NCBI GenBank assembly: GCA_963826865.1
Contig: CAWGYQ010000007.1
Coordinates: 278,665 to 342,664, forward strand
Direction: 5' to 3'
From: an uncultured Acidobacteriota bacterium
GTDB lineage: Bacteria; Acidobacteriota; Vicinamibacteria; Vicinamibacterales; CAVPJW01
Length of the DNA: 64,000 bases
Shown: in pieces, positions 52,301 through 62,203 of the stretch
Numbering within the stretch: the stretch's first letter is position 1
Layout of the letters: each line of letters opens with the position of its first letter
Translations under genes and position numbers: made by a program
Notes under the pieces: generated by a model
The model's input: only the letters and a program-made list of their open reading frames with translations
Databases searched by the model: none
Told to the model about the DNA's origin: nothing

Positions 52301-52387
52301 CGCCGTGAGGCGAACATACGGTAACCGTGATGTGACGAAACGGTTAAATCGAGTACAATTTCACGGATTTTTTTGATAGGAGTACGC

Positions 52388-53008
52388 TTGCGTTTTCGCC
52401 TCATCCCGCGCAACGAGAAATTCTTTGCCGACTTCGTGTCGTTTTCGGAAGAGCTCCGGGCCGGCGCCCGCCTGCTCGAGGAGATGCTCGCCGGCGACCA
52501 GCCGCGCTGGGACAAGGCGGAGGAGGTGAAGGAAATCGAGCACCGCTGCGACAACCTCACCCACGAGATCATTCAGCGGCTCAACCGCTCGTTCATCACG
52601 CCGATTGACCGCGAGGACATCTATGCCCTCGCCAAGTCGCTCGACGACATCATGGACGCGATTGACGATTCGGCCACGGCGCTCCGGATCTACCAGATTG
52701 CGCACGTGCGGTTTGGCGCCCGCGAGATGGCTCACATCATCTCAGCGTCGACGGACCAGGTGCAGATGGCGCTGGCCGCCATGGAGCGCCATCGCGACGG
52801 GGTGCGCGAACGGACTGTGGAGATCAACCGCTTGGAGAACGAAGCCGATCGGCTGCATCAGAAGGCGCTCAGCCGTCTGTTCGACGAGGAGCGTGACCCG
52901 ATCGCGGTCATCAAGTGGAAGGAGATTCTGGATTTTCTCGAAAGCGCCACCGATCGCTGCGAGGACGTCGCGAACGTGCTCGAAGGCGTCGTCGTCAAGC
53001 ACGCCTGA
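52388..53008 (+). CDS. DUF47 (PhoU-like, YkaA/PitR-type) phosphate transport regulator
   Basis: The conserved N-terminus RFRLIPRNEKFF begins at TTG 52388, which is preceded by AGGAG (52378-52382). The track ORF opens at TTG 52373. The gene lies 6 nt upstream of pitA, the usual pairing. Confidence 0.85.
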   Translation: MRFRLIPRNEKFFADFVSFSEELRAGARLLEEMLAGDQPRWDKAEEVKEIEHRCDNLTHEIIQRLNRSFITPIDREDIYALAKSLDDIMDAIDDSATALRIYQIAHVRFGAREMAHIISASTDQVQMALAAMERHRDGVRERTVEINRLENEADRLHQKALSRLFDEERDPIAVIKWKEILDFLESATDRCEDVANVLEGVVVKHA

Positions 53009-53014
53009 GATCGG

Positions 53015-54016
53015 ATGGACACTCAGCTGATCCTCGTCGGGGCGATCATCCTGGTCGCGCTCATTTTCGACTACATCAACGGCTTTCACGACGCCGCCAA
53101 TTCGATTGCGACCGTGGTGTCCACGCGGGTGCTCACGCCAGGCAAGGCGGTGGTGTGGGCCGCCTTCTTCAACTTCGTGGCGGCCTTCGGATTCGGCACG
53201 GCCGTCGCCAGCACCGTCGGCGCCGGCATGATCGACATCAACGTCGTCACCTTTGCCGTGATTTTCTCCGGGCTCGTCGGCGCCATCGTCTGGGACCTCA
53301 TCACGTGGTATTTCGGGCTGCCCACCAGCTCCTCGCACGCGCTGATCGGCGGCTACGCCGGCGCCGCCATCACCCGCGCCGGCTTCTCGGCGATCATCGT
53401 CTCGGGATGGACGAAGACGCTGATCTTCATCGTGCTGGCTCCGCTCATCGGCCTCGTGCTCGGGTTCCTGCTGATGGTGTCGATCTTCTGGATGATGCGA
53501 TCGGTTCGTCCCTCAAGGGTGGACGCCTCGTTTCGACGCCTCCAGCTCGGGTCGGCGGCGCTCTACAGCCTCGGCCATGGGGCCAACGACGCACAGAAGA
53601 CCATGGGTATCATCGCCGGCGCGCTCTTTGCGGGCGGCTATCTCCAGGTCTTCGAGATTCCGTTCTGGGTCGTGCTGGCAGCGCACGCCGCCATCGCGCT
53701 GGGCACGCTCTCGGGCGGATGGCGGATCATTCATACGATGGGTTCGAAGATCACGAAGCTGCAGCCGGTGGGCGGGTTCGCAGCCGAGACGGCCGGTGCG
53801 ATCACGCTGTTTACCGCCACCAGTCTCGGCGTACCCGTCAGCACCACCCACACCATCACCGGCGCGATCGTCGGAGTCGGGTCGGTGCGCCGGATGTCCG
53901 CCGTACGGTGGGGAGTGGCCGGCCGAATCGTCTGGGCGTGGATTCTGACCATTCCAGCCGCCGCGCTCATTTCCGCCGCGACGTTTTCGCTGTTGAGGCT
54001 CGCCGGCGCCAGCTAG
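53015..54016 (+). CDS. pitA: Inorganic phosphate transporter, PiT family
   Basis: 333-aa polytopic ORF with both PiT signatures (NGFHDAANSIATVVST and LGHGANDAQKTMGII). Confidence 0.95.
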   Translation: MDTQLILVGAIILVALIFDYINGFHDAANSIATVVSTRVLTPGKAVVWAAFFNFVAAFGFGTAVASTVGAGMIDINVVTFAVIFSGLVGAIVWDLITWYFGLPTSSSHALIGGYAGAAITRAGFSAIIVSGWTKTLIFIVLAPLIGLVLGFLLMVSIFWMMRSVRPSRVDASFRRLQLGSAALYSLGHGANDAQKTMGIIAGALFAGGYLQVFEIPFWVVLAAHAAIALGTLSGGWRIIHTMGSKITKLQPVGGFAAETAGAITLFTATSLGVPVSTTHTITGAIVGVGSVRRMSAVRWGVAGRIVWAWILTIPAAALISAATFSLLRLAGAS

Positions 54017-54028
54017 TAGCGGGTCGGG

Positions 54029-55828
54029 TCACGTCTCGACGTGCGCGGGCCTCGAGCCCGTCGATTCCGGCTCGTCCCGCATGGGCAGACGCACGACGAA
54101 CGTCGCCCCCCCGCCCGGCCGATTGGTGGCTTCCACACGCCCGCCGTGGAGCTCCACGAGATGGCGAACGATAGCCAGACCGAGACCGGTGCCCCCCGGA
54201 TCGCGGCTCCGCGACTTGTCCACGCGATAGAAACGCTCGAAGACGCGTCGCAGATCTCCCTCGGGTAGGCCGGGACCTTCATCCGACACGCGGATTTCGA
54301 TCTGGTCACGCAGCGGAATCGCCTCGAGCAGGATGCGCGACCGTTCGGGCGAGTAGGTCGACGCGTTCTGGACCAGGTTGCGTATCACGTCGTGCAGCTT
54401 GCCGGCATCCGCCATCACTCGGGTGGCCGAGGAGTCGAGGCGCATCTCGACGTGCTGTTCTTTCGCTGAGAGCGGCGCGGCCAGCTCGGTGACGACACCG
54501 CTCAGGAGCGTGTCGAGCTCGCAGGGCACGAGATCCAACACTTCATGACCGGCGTCCAGCCGCGCGAGCCGCAGGAGGTCCTTGACCAGGCGCTCCATCC
54601 GGGTCGTGTGCCGCGAGATGATTTCGAGAAAGCTGCGACGTTCGTCCCCATCGGGCGGATCGTCGAGCAACGCCTCCACGTAGCCTCGGATGGCCGTCAG
54701 TGGTGTCCGCAGCTCGTGGGACACGTTGGCGACGAAGTCGCGCCGAACCTGATCGGCGCGGCGCAAATCGGTGATGTCATGCAGCACGAGTACGGCGCCG
54801 TGCCCTGACGAGGATCGCACCGGGGCGGCGCGAGCCACGAAGGTGCGCGTGTCGGCGGCGAGCGCGACTTCCAGGCCCGCCGGAGCCTGGCCCTGCAATG
54901 CGGCACCAACCTGCGCGGCGATACCGGGATGCCGCACGGCTTCCAGGTAGTGCCGTCGATCGCCGCTCTCCGTTAGCATCAGCATGCGCCGCGCGGCGTC
55001 ATTGACGAGCTCCAGCCGGCCATGGTCGTCCACGACCAGCACTCCTTCGACCATCCCCGACAGAATGGCCTGCATGCGCGCGCGATCGCGCCCGAGCTCG
55101 TCCAGGCGCCGCGACAGCTCGCTGACCGTGCCATCGAGCGCACGCGCCACCATGCCCAGCTCGTCGTCGCCCACATCGGCCGGTGCGCGTGGAATCTCGC
55201 CCTGCGCGTAGCGACGCGCGGCATCGGCGATGGCCTGCACGCGGCGGCCGAGAGGTGCGGAAAAGGCCAGGGCGACCACGGCGGCCGCGGCGAGGGCCCC
55301 TGCAAGTGCGCCCAGCGTGGCATTTCGGATCGCCCGCTGCTGGCGGTCGATATCGGTCAGCGGAACAGCGAGCCGCACGATCGCAATCGAAGCGTGTCTG
55401 ACCGGCGCCGCGACATAGAGCAGGTCGGCATCGACTGTGGTGCTGTAGCGTCTCGTGATCCCAATGCCGCGTTCACGCGCCGCGACGATTTCGGGGCGGT
55501 CATTGTGGTTCTCGAACCGATCCAGATCGGGCCCGTCTCCAGCGGAGTCCGCTACGACGTGACCATCAGGACCGATCAAGGTCACTCGTGCGCCCACGTA
55601 TTGGGCGATGCGATCGGCTTCGTCGTCGAGATCAGTTGACGACGAGACTGGTTCGCGGTGGGCGAGCAGTTCCGCCGCGAGGCGTACCTCGGACACCAGG
55701 TTGCTCTCCGTGCTGGCGAGCGTCTGCCGACCGACCCATCGCGACATGAGCACGGACGCCATCCCGAGACCCACGAGGGCGGCCGACAGGGCGGCAATGA
55801 AGAGTCGCGCTCGAAAGCCAAGCCTCAT
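54029..55828 (-). CDS. PhoR-like sensor histidine kinase (TM-HAMP-PAS-HisKA-HATPase)
   Basis: Start set at ATG 55828 ([22 protein letters not shown]). Has the H-box [15 protein letters not shown], the N-box [11 protein letters not shown] and G-boxes DEGPGLP and [10 protein letters not shown]. Lies 16 nt downstream of the response-regulator gene. Confidence 0.9.
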   Translation of the reverse strand: MRLGFRARLFIAALSAALVGLGMASVLMSRWVGRQTLASTESNLVSEVRLAAELLAHREPVSSSTDLDDEADRIAQYVGARVTLIGPDGHVVADSAGDGPDLDRFENHNDRPEIVAARERGIGITRRYSTTVDADLLYVAAPVRHASIAIVRLAVPLTDIDRQQRAIRNATLGALAGALAAAAVVALAFSAPLGRRVQAIADAARRYAQGEIPRAPADVGDDELGMVARALDGTVSELSRRLDELGRDRARMQAILSGMVEGVLVVDDHGRLELVNDAARRMLMLTESGDRRHYLEAVRHPGIAAQVGAALQGQAPAGLEVALAADTRTFVARAAPVRSSSGHGAVLVLHDITDLRRADQVRRDFVANVSHELRTPLTAIRGYVEALLDDPPDGDERRSFLEIISRHTTRMERLVKDLLRLARLDAGHEVLDLVPCELDTLLSGVVTELAAPLSAKEQHVEMRLDSSATRVMADAGKLHDVIRNLVQNASTYSPERSRILLEAIPLRDQIEIRVSDEGPGLPEGDLRRVFERFYRVDKSRSRDPGGTGLGLAIVRHLVELHGGRVEATNRPGGGATFVVRLPMRDEPESTGSRPAHVET

Positions 55829-55844
55829 CGGAGTCGTGCCGCCC

Positions 55845-56537
55845 TCATCGCGGCGGAGCCGGATCCTGGAGCTTGTAGCCGAACTGCTTGACGGTGACGA
55901 TCGCCTGCTGCAGCATCGGCAGCTTCTCACGCAGCCGCCGCACGTGGACGTCGACCGTGCGAGTGCCGCCGGTATACCGGTAGCCCCAGACATCCGACAG
56001 CAGCAGGTCGCGCGAAAGCAGACGACCCCGATGGCGCAGGAAATACTCGAGCAACGTGAATTCCTTGGCCGTGAGCTGCACGTCCTTGTGATGGTCGGTC
56101 ACGATGTGCCGGTCGCCGTCCAGGACAATGGTGCCGTAGCGAATCAGCGCAGAGGAATCGGCGGATCGTCCCGCCCGGCGGAGCAGCGCACGGACCCGCG
56201 CCACCAGCTCGTTCGGGCTGAACGGCTTGGTCAGATAGTCGTCAGCGCCGAGCTCCAGGCCGCCGATGCGGTCGGACTCCTCGGCTTTGGCCGTCACCAT
56301 GATGATTGGCACGGCGGCGGTGGTCCGGTCGCTGCGAAGAGCCCGGCAGATATCGAAGCCGTCCACGTCCGGCAGCATGAGATCGAGGACGAGAATGTCG
56401 GGGGGGCGCCGTCGCACCTGCGCGACAACGTCGCGGCCGGAGTGGACGACATCGGTCGTGTAGCCGGCCTTCTGCAGGTACCGGTCGATGAGGGCCGCGA
56501 TATCAGCGTCGTCTTCGACGACAAGCGCGCGTGGCAT
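55845..56537 (-). CDS. PhoB/OmpR-family response regulator
   Basis: 230-aa ORF. Has REC ([24 protein letters not shown]) and a winged helix ([27 protein letters not shown]). Confidence 0.9.
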   Translation of the reverse strand: MPRALVVEDDADIAALIDRYLQKAGYTTDVVHSGRDVVAQVRRRPPDILVLDLMLPDVDGFDICRALRSDRTTAAVPIIMVTAKAEESDRIGGLELGADDYLTKPFSPNELVARVRALLRRAGRSADSSALIRYGTIVLDGDRHIVTDHHKDVQLTAKEFTLLEYFLRHRGRLLSRDLLLSDVWGYRYTGGTRTVDVHVRRLREKLPMLQQAIVTVKQFGYKLQDPAPPR

Positions 56538-56571
56538 GAGGCTCAGGGCATCGTGGACATCGTGGTCGCTG

Positions 56572-57282
56572 TCAGCCGCCGACGGCCCGGCCCGTCAGCC
56601 ACCGGAGAGGCGCGCCTCGGAGCGTGCGCCGAAGATCATCATCCGCCTGATACGGCCTGTCGGGAACCACCCGCGCCTGGACTCGAAGATCGACCGTCCG
56701 ACCGAGAAAGGGATCGGGCACGATCGTCAACGTGTCGCCAGAGAGTATAAACCGGTGCTCCCGGTCGTCGTGCGGTTCCTTCCAGCCATTGCAGAAGACG
56801 AGCGACGCCAGGTCTGCCAGACGGAGCAGGTCGTATGCGCGATCGAACGATCGGCGCGGCGCGCCAGTCAGGGCGCCGGCTGCGGCGAGCCACCGATCGC
56901 GCGCGGTCGTCAGGCGCTCGAAGAACGAGGACCAGCCGGGCTCGCTCGCGAAATGCGCATAGATGGTGAGCGCATGCTGAGCGATGAGGGCGCCCGCAAG
57001 AGGATGGCACATCCCGAGTCGCGCCGCCGCGCGCGGCCACATCGCCTGGCGAGTGGATTCGGGCGCCGTGACGAAGTCAGCCGGACGCCCGTTTGCCAGC
57101 ACCGTGGGGCGCGTATCCGATTCGAGCCAGCCGTTGTCGTGCTGGCGCGTGGCATACAACAGGACCGCCCGCCAGTCGCCCACTGCATCCGTGCCCCAGC
57201 GCTCGAGGATTTCAGCGGCCAGGGCTGCGTGATCAGGTTGAGTGATCAGCCAGAGCTCCTCGCCCGCCGGTCGCACAATCAC
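56572..57282 (-). CDS. DUF3891-like protein
   Basis: 236-aa ORF. The N-terminus ...WLITQPDHAALAAEILERWG matches my memory of the DUF3891 family. No search was possible. Confidence 0.55.
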   Translation of the reverse strand: MIVRPAGEELWLITQPDHAALAAEILERWGTDAVGDWRAVLLYATRQHDNGWLESDTRPTVLANGRPADFVTAPESTRQAMWPRAAARLGMCHPLAGALIAQHALTIYAHFASEPGWSSFFERLTTARDRWLAAAGALTGAPRRSFDRAYDLLRLADLASLVFCNGWKEPHDDREHRFILSGDTLTIVPDPFLGRTVDLRVQARVVPDRPYQADDDLRRTLRGAPLRWLTGRAVGG

Positions 57283-57456
57283 GGCGGGATCATAGCCCCG
57301 GGCTCTGTCTCATCGATAGGACCAGCGGTTGAGCCAGGGCGAGGACACTCCTGCCGGCAACGATCGCCAGATCAGTTGAAATCGCGCCAACTTCGCGTGC
57401 GCGCGACTGAGCGCCCTGGCATCATCTTTGACAAGACCCTGGCAAGGAGGCGGACG

Positions 57457-57990
57457 ATGCGAAACCTGATTGCGGTTGCGGTCGGCGCGCTGATCGTCGG
57501 CGTTACTGTCACCGCCCTCGCGCTGAGCAGACCGTCGAGCGACCAGCTTGGTGCGAACTATCTGGGCCCGGAAGGCACGATGGTGGCCTGCGAGCCCGGG
57601 CAGCGTGCAATTGTGCGACGTCTCCAGAGCGCAGAAGGGCGCGAGCTGGTTGAATGCGTCACCGCCGACCCGCGATTCTACGAGCCGGGCACGGCGTTCG
57701 TGCCCACGTCTCTCAGCCGAGGCGGCAGTGACATTCAGATCGTCCGGACCGCCACGCCCGTGGTGGAGCGGGCTCCCGTGGTCGAGCGTCAGGTGATCTA
57801 TCGTGACGCACCCGTTCGCCGCGACACGCCGACGCGCTCGTGGCAGAAGAGTGCGCTCATCATCGGTGGATCGGCCGGGGCCGGCGCTGGAGTCGGCGCG
57901 GCCGTCGGCGGAAAGAAAGGCGCCCTCATCGGCGCGGCAATCGGAGGAGGAGCGGCGACGATCTACGATCAAGTCACGCGGCGACGCTAG
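57457..57990 (+). CDS. Small secreted/membrane protein with C-terminal glycine-zipper
   Basis: ATG 57457 is preceded by AAGGAGG (57444-57450). Has an N-terminal TM/signal segment (LIAVAVGALIVGVTVTALAL). The C-terminus reads IIGGSAGAGAGVGAAVGGKKGALIGAAIGGGAATIY. The upstream 970 nt of the track ORF is antisense to other genes. Confidence 0.6.
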   Translation: MRNLIAVAVGALIVGVTVTALALSRPSSDQLGANYLGPEGTMVACEPGQRAIVRRLQSAEGRELVECVTADPRFYEPGTAFVPTSLSRGGSDIQIVRTATPVVERAPVVERQVIYRDAPVRRDTPTRSWQKSALIIGGSAGAGAGVGAAVGGKKGALIGAAIGGGAATIYDQVTRRR

Positions 57991-58061
57991 GTGGTCACGG
58001 CCAAATGAGCCGTCACCGCCGGGGCGGACGGGAACGGGCGCGACCGGAAGTACCATAAGGC

Positions 58062-59096
58062 ATGCCCCGTTCCCGTCCGTTGGCTCTCACCCTGTCGTTC
58101 ATCGGCCTTATCCTTGTCGGGCTTCCGACAGCTGCTCCGCAGTCAGGAGTCGACGGCCGCGGCCCACAGGTAGGCCAGCTCGTTCCAGACTTTGCGGGTC
58201 AGGATCAGACTGGCCGGAACCAGACACAGACGACGATTCTCGGTCCCAACGGCGCAGTCCTGGTCTTCCTGCGTTCGGCGGACTGGTGCCCGTATTGCCG
58301 CACGCAGCTCGTCGACCTTCAGCGCGGGTACGAGTCGCTTCGCGCCAACGGCTTGGGGCTCGCGGTCATCAGCTACGATTCGCCGGCGGTTCTGACCGAG
58401 GCTGCGTCGCGGTTCGGCATTACCTTCCCGCTCATCTCCGATCCGCGGTCGGCCATCATCAAGCGCTACGGCCTGCTGAGCGACCAATACTCACCAGGAG
58501 ATCGGGCCTACGGGGTACCGGACCCCGGCACCTTCGTGATCGATCGAACCGGCAAGGTCACCTCGCGGCATTTCGGTGATCAGTACCAGGATCGCGTGAC
58601 GGTTGGAAGCCTTTTGGTCAGGATGGGCGCACCGGCCGGTGCCACGGGCAAGCCGATCATGGCGGACTATCTGCGGATCACGCCATCGGCGAGTGCCGCG
58701 GCCGTGGCGCCGGGACAGAGGTTTTCGCTCGTCCTCGACGTGACGCCCGCACCGCGCATCCACGTCTACGCACCCGGCAACGCCGACTACATCCCCATCA
58801 ACTTGCGCGTGGCGCCGAGCCCGTTGCTCGAGCTTCACGAAGCCGAGTACCCGGAGGGCGAGGAATACCTGTTCGAACCGTTGAACGAGCGCGTGCAGGT
58901 CTACCAGAAGCCCTTTCGGGTCATTCAGGACGTCACCCTCGGCGCGACAGCCGAGGCGCAGGCGGCCATCAGTCGGGCGAGCGAGCTTCGAATCGAGGGC
59001 GAGGTCGAGTATCAGGCCTGCGACGAAAACGTGTGCTTTTCTCCCCGGACCGTCAAGGTCACCTGGACGGTCGCCGTGCAGGCGCTGGCGCGCTGA
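58062..59096 (+). CDS. Redoxin (AhpC/TSA-thioredoxin-like) fused to a DsbD-N-terminal-like domain
   Basis: 344-aa ORF with a signal peptide. Has LVFLRSADWCPYCRTQL (CxxC) in a peroxiredoxin-like fold. The C-terminal beta-sandwich-like region ends with YQACDENVCFSP. Confidence 0.75.
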   Translation: MPRSRPLALTLSFIGLILVGLPTAAPQSGVDGRGPQVGQLVPDFAGQDQTGRNQTQTTILGPNGAVLVFLRSADWCPYCRTQLVDLQRGYESLRANGLGLAVISYDSPAVLTEAASRFGITFPLISDPRSAIIKRYGLLSDQYSPGDRAYGVPDPGTFVIDRTGKVTSRHFGDQYQDRVTVGSLLVRMGAPAGATGKPIMADYLRITPSASAAAVAPGQRFSLVLDVTPAPRIHVYAPGNADYIPINLRVAPSPLLELHEAEYPEGEEYLFEPLNERVQVYQKPFRVIQDVTLGATAEAQAAISRASELRIEGEVEYQACDENVCFSPRTVKVTWTVAVQALAR

Positions 59097-59149
59097 GACC
59101 ACCGCACAACACGGCCACGGCGACGGCCGAGGGACCGGAGTTCGACGAT

Positions 59150-60874
59150 TCAGTTCGTCCGCTCGACCGGTTCCTCGAACAGCTCGCGCTCGAGGCCCAC
59201 GGTCTTCCACTCTGAGGCGTCCCGCCGGAAATACACGGTGATAGGCGCCATCCATTCCGGATGGTCGGGATGCATGCTGCTGATTCTCAGCGCCGCGAAC
59301 TCGCTGTCATGGAGTAAGGGCGGCACGAGGATGCCCGGAGTCGTGGACTGTGTCTCGTCGCCAACGGGCCTCGTGATTCCAGTGGCGTTGTCGAAGCTGG
59401 ACCAGGCATACCAGTACGACAAAGCGGGAGTGGCCACCCCCGCGTCGACGGCGGCATTTCGAAAGCTCAGCGAGCCGTTCGCAGCGAGCGAGAAATCCAC
59501 CAGCGGATTGAGCTGATTGAGCCAGAGCCGGCACACCTTGTCACGGCGCTCGATGAGCACATCGGTGAGGTAGTCGGTGACTGCCGGGTCGGTGAATTCT
59601 CCCACCCCCACGAGGGCGCGAATCGCGTCGTCGGAGAACGCCGCCACGCGGCGCGCAGCCCAGAAGAGATCGTCCGCGCGGGCGTTCTCGTACGCCGGGT
59701 TCGGATAGTCCGGTTTCCACATCGCTGGTTGAAAGTAATCGGATTCGATTCGCCCGGCCGCAGGCAGATCGGGGTACTTCACCTTGAGCCACGGCCGGAC
59801 ATACAGGCCCAGCGTGAGCATGGTCAGCAGCGTCGGGCGCCGCTCCCAGACGTACTCGTTTCCGGGCCGCCGGCTCTGGGCCGCAATGCTGCCGCTCCCG
59901 AGCGTGGACCCGAAATCGAGCAGGTGGTGTTTGACGAGGCGACGGCCGCCGGTGTCGACGAGCGCGTCGAACGAGTTGCTGCTGCGCCATTCGTCGTGGT
60001 TGACCCAGGCGGCGAGCACGCGGATCCCGCGCAACTCGCGACGGTGTTCGTGAGGGAAGATGTCGTTCGGATCGTCCGATCGCGTGCCGTGGTAACGGAA
60101 CGGGCCCAGCGGCTTGCCTGCGACCGCGCGGCTGGCCACCATGCGGTACGATCCGTCGCTTTTCTGCGCGACGCGGCGGAACAACTCGTCGAGATCGCGC
60201 TGCTGAACATTGTGGACATGGCCGTCGGCTCGAGTGACCTGCGCGCCCGGTTCGATCACCAGATCGCTCGGTCTGAGCGTGGTGATGTAGTTTTCCGGAA
60301 CGTGGTAGCCGAAGGCGTGGAAGATCTTGGTCGAGATCACCTCGGCGCCCGTCGCCATTTCAGGGTTCGTCGGCGGATCGAACTTCACGAAGTAGATCTC
60401 GCCGAGGGAGTCGCGGAGGGTCATGCCTGGCGAGATCCCCTCGTTCTTGCCCGAGATGACGGTCAATTTTCCTGGAGCCGGACCCTCGCCGGTATCGGGT
60501 CCCCTGACCAGCTCCTCGAGCGTCAGGGGCCGCATGACGAGTCGATTGGTGAACCAGCTCGAGTCGGGGACCTCGTCGAGCGTGTTCAAATTCATCGCCC
60601 GCCGCGGTGTGCGGTCGCCGGCGGTGCCGAAACTGTTCTCGAAGAAGTCGAACGAGCCGCTGACATCCCAGGCCTGAACCATGGAGGCATCTTCTGTCTC
60701 AGGATCGCGCGCGAGGGGGTCGTCAGGATAGAAGCGTGGCGTATTGGCGCGGGCGCCATCGCCCGCGGCCATGAGCAGCGCAACGCAAAGTAAGGCAAGA
60801 AGCGCACTCGCGTGCGCCGCGCGTCGTGTGCACCGGCTTTCGTTCGGCTCGGGCCTGCTCATGGCGATGTTCAA
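59150..60874 (-). CDS. Large secreted protein of unknown family (copy 1), with HD..N / DFG kinase-like motif pair
   Basis: 574-aa ORF. The TTG start at 60874 overlaps the upstream stop, and there is an alternative ATG at 60862. Has a signal peptide (ALLALLCVALLMAAGDGARA). Conserved blocks are FYPDDP, LDEVPDSSWFTNR and DPPTNPEMATGAE. Later comes LAAWVNHDEWRSSNSF...KHHLLDFGSTLGSG. Confidence 0.6.
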   Translation of the reverse strand: MNIAMSRPEPNESRCTRRAAHASALLALLCVALLMAAGDGARANTPRFYPDDPLARDPETEDASMVQAWDVSGSFDFFENSFGTAGDRTPRRAMNLNTLDEVPDSSWFTNRLVMRPLTLEELVRGPDTGEGPAPGKLTVISGKNEGISPGMTLRDSLGEIYFVKFDPPTNPEMATGAEVISTKIFHAFGYHVPENYITTLRPSDLVIEPGAQVTRADGHVHNVQQRDLDELFRRVAQKSDGSYRMVASRAVAGKPLGPFRYHGTRSDDPNDIFPHEHRRELRGIRVLAAWVNHDEWRSSNSFDALVDTGGRRLVKHHLLDFGSTLGSGSIAAQSRRPGNEYVWERRPTLLTMLTLGLYVRPWLKVKYPDLPAAGRIESDYFQPAMWKPDYPNPAYENARADDLFWAARRVAAFSDDAIRALVGVGEFTDPAVTDYLTDVLIERRDKVCRLWLNQLNPLVDFSLAANGSLSFRNAAVDAGVATPALSYWYAWSSFDNATGITRPVGDETQSTTPGILVPPLLHDSEFAALRISSMHPDHPEWMAPITVYFRRDASEWKTVGLERELFEEPVERTN

Positions 60875-62076
60875 AATACCGGTCCGAACTTGAAGAACAC
60901 CTGGGTCCCCTCCTGGGCGCCGGTGGCGATGTCTACGCGGAAGAAGACCGCCTTGGACGTGCTCAGCCGGAAACCGATCCCCACGGCCGATTCGAGATCC
61001 TGCAGGTCGAGGTGCCGATAGTCGTCGGTGACTTTCCCGGCATCGACGAACAGTGCCATGTCGAGGCCCGACAACACTTCCCAGCGGTATTCCGCGTTCA
61101 GGACGAGGGCATTCTCGTCACGATAGCGGAACTCGTTCAGGCTGCGCACCGTATAGGCGCCGCCGATCGTGGGCAGCATGTAGAACGGAATCGAATTGCC
61201 CGGCGCATTGTTCGTCATCAAGACCATGCCGCGCAGCACGAAGACGCGCTTCTTGTCGAACACCGGGACGAAATGCAACGCCTGGGCGGTAAAGCGGTTG
61301 AACGTGTAGCGGTGGAAGTCCTGGTCCTTCAAATTGGCGAAGTCGACTCGATAGTGCACGCCGCTTCGAGCGTTCCTCGGCTCATCCCGCGAATCGACGT
61401 CCACGAAGAACGACATGTGGCGGTAGTCTGGCTGGTCCGCCAGACCGGGAGCCGTCGTGTCGTCGAAGATCTGCTCGATTGAAGGCATCGCGGTATCGGT
61501 GCCCGGGTCGATGTTCACGTTCAGCACGCCCAGCTGGATGCCGGTGCTCATCCAGGAGACGGGTCTGAAGCCGGCGGTCCCCATGTACCCGAGGCCCTCA
61601 TAGAGATAGTTGCTTCGGTTCTCTTCCAGCGAGTCGCTGCCGATCCCGAAGTAGTCTTCCTGGGGATTGTGCTGGGCCCTCACATGGAGGCCGAAGAGCA
61701 GTCGATCCTGGTACACGCTCGGGAAGTCGATCTGGGCCTCGGCGAGCCGGTAGCCCTTCGCCGTGAAGGCCGTGGAGGTCTTGAAGAGGCCCTGAGTCTC
61801 GAAGAGATGCACGCGGAAGCCGACGCCGACGGCGAATCCTGAGCCGGTGGAGAGGCCACCGAAGCGGGGGTAGAACCCGTTGCCGTTGATCAGACGCTCG
61901 GCCAGACGGCCGCGTTTGGCATGGAGTAGGAGGCGCTCGATGCGTCCCGGCTTGTAGGGCTCGAGCTGGCGGGCCTTCTCCTGGCGGAGCTGTTCAAGCG
62001 CCTGCTCCCGGGTGTCTTGAGCCCTGGCAGGGACGGCGGCCAGCAGGAGGGCCGCCATCGCGACCACGCGACGCAT
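60871..62076 (-). CDS. Omp85/surface-antigen (D15)-type outer-membrane beta-barrel without POTRA domains (copy 1)
   Basis: Start set at ATG 62076 (MRRVVAMAALLLAAVPARAQD signal). Has a short coiled-coil and then the barrel. Omp85-type C-terminal motifs are IGGAYTVRSLNEFRYRDENALVLNAEYRW, ALFVDAGKV and a terminal ...FFKFGPVF. Confidence 0.75.
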   Translation of the reverse strand: MRRVVAMAALLLAAVPARAQDTREQALEQLRQEKARQLEPYKPGRIERLLLHAKRGRLAERLINGNGFYPRFGGLSTGSGFAVGVGFRVHLFETQGLFKTSTAFTAKGYRLAEAQIDFPSVYQDRLLFGLHVRAQHNPQEDYFGIGSDSLEENRSNYLYEGLGYMGTAGFRPVSWMSTGIQLGVLNVNIDPGTDTAMPSIEQIFDDTTAPGLADQPDYRHMSFFVDVDSRDEPRNARSGVHYRVDFANLKDQDFHRYTFNRFTAQALHFVPVFDKKRVFVLRGMVLMTNNAPGNSIPFYMLPTIGGAYTVRSLNEFRYRDENALVLNAEYRWEVLSGLDMALFVDAGKVTDDYRHLDLQDLESAVGIGFRLSTSKAVFFRVDIATGAQEGTQVFFKFGPVF

Positions 62077-62133
62077 CTCAGTGACGACTGTAATTGACCG
62101 AGCCGACGCCCTGCAAGCGCGGTGTTCGCTGGC

Positions 62134-62163
62134 TTGACACACGTGGACAGGCCCGCGTACGCT
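62134..62163 (+). promoter_or_regulatory. Candidate sigma70-type promoter TTGACA-N18-TACGCT in the divergent intergenic region
   Basis: TTGACA (62134-62139) and TACGCT (62158-62163) lie about 40 nt upstream of ATG 62204, which has GGAGG at 62195-62199. Confidence 0.4.
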
Positions 62164-62203
62164 TTCCTGTTTTCATGTCGTTTTTTGTGTCCCTGGAGGT
62201 TTG

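Noticed and set aside
52321-52372. Search for an E. coli-type Pho box (CTGTCAT-N4-CTGTCAT) upstream of DUF47-pitA. The regions upstream of pstS and the porin gene were also searched.
   Set aside because: Only loose TGTGAC/TTTCAC-like words are present, with no 11-bp phased direct repeat. The PhoB consensus for this lineage is unknown to me, so only the inverted repeat is reported, at low confidence.
56488-57456. First 323 codons of the 500-aa ORF 56488-57990.
   Set aside because: This part is antisense to the response regulator and the DUF3891 gene. A strong AAGGAGG-ATG start and a signal/TM segment occur at 57457.
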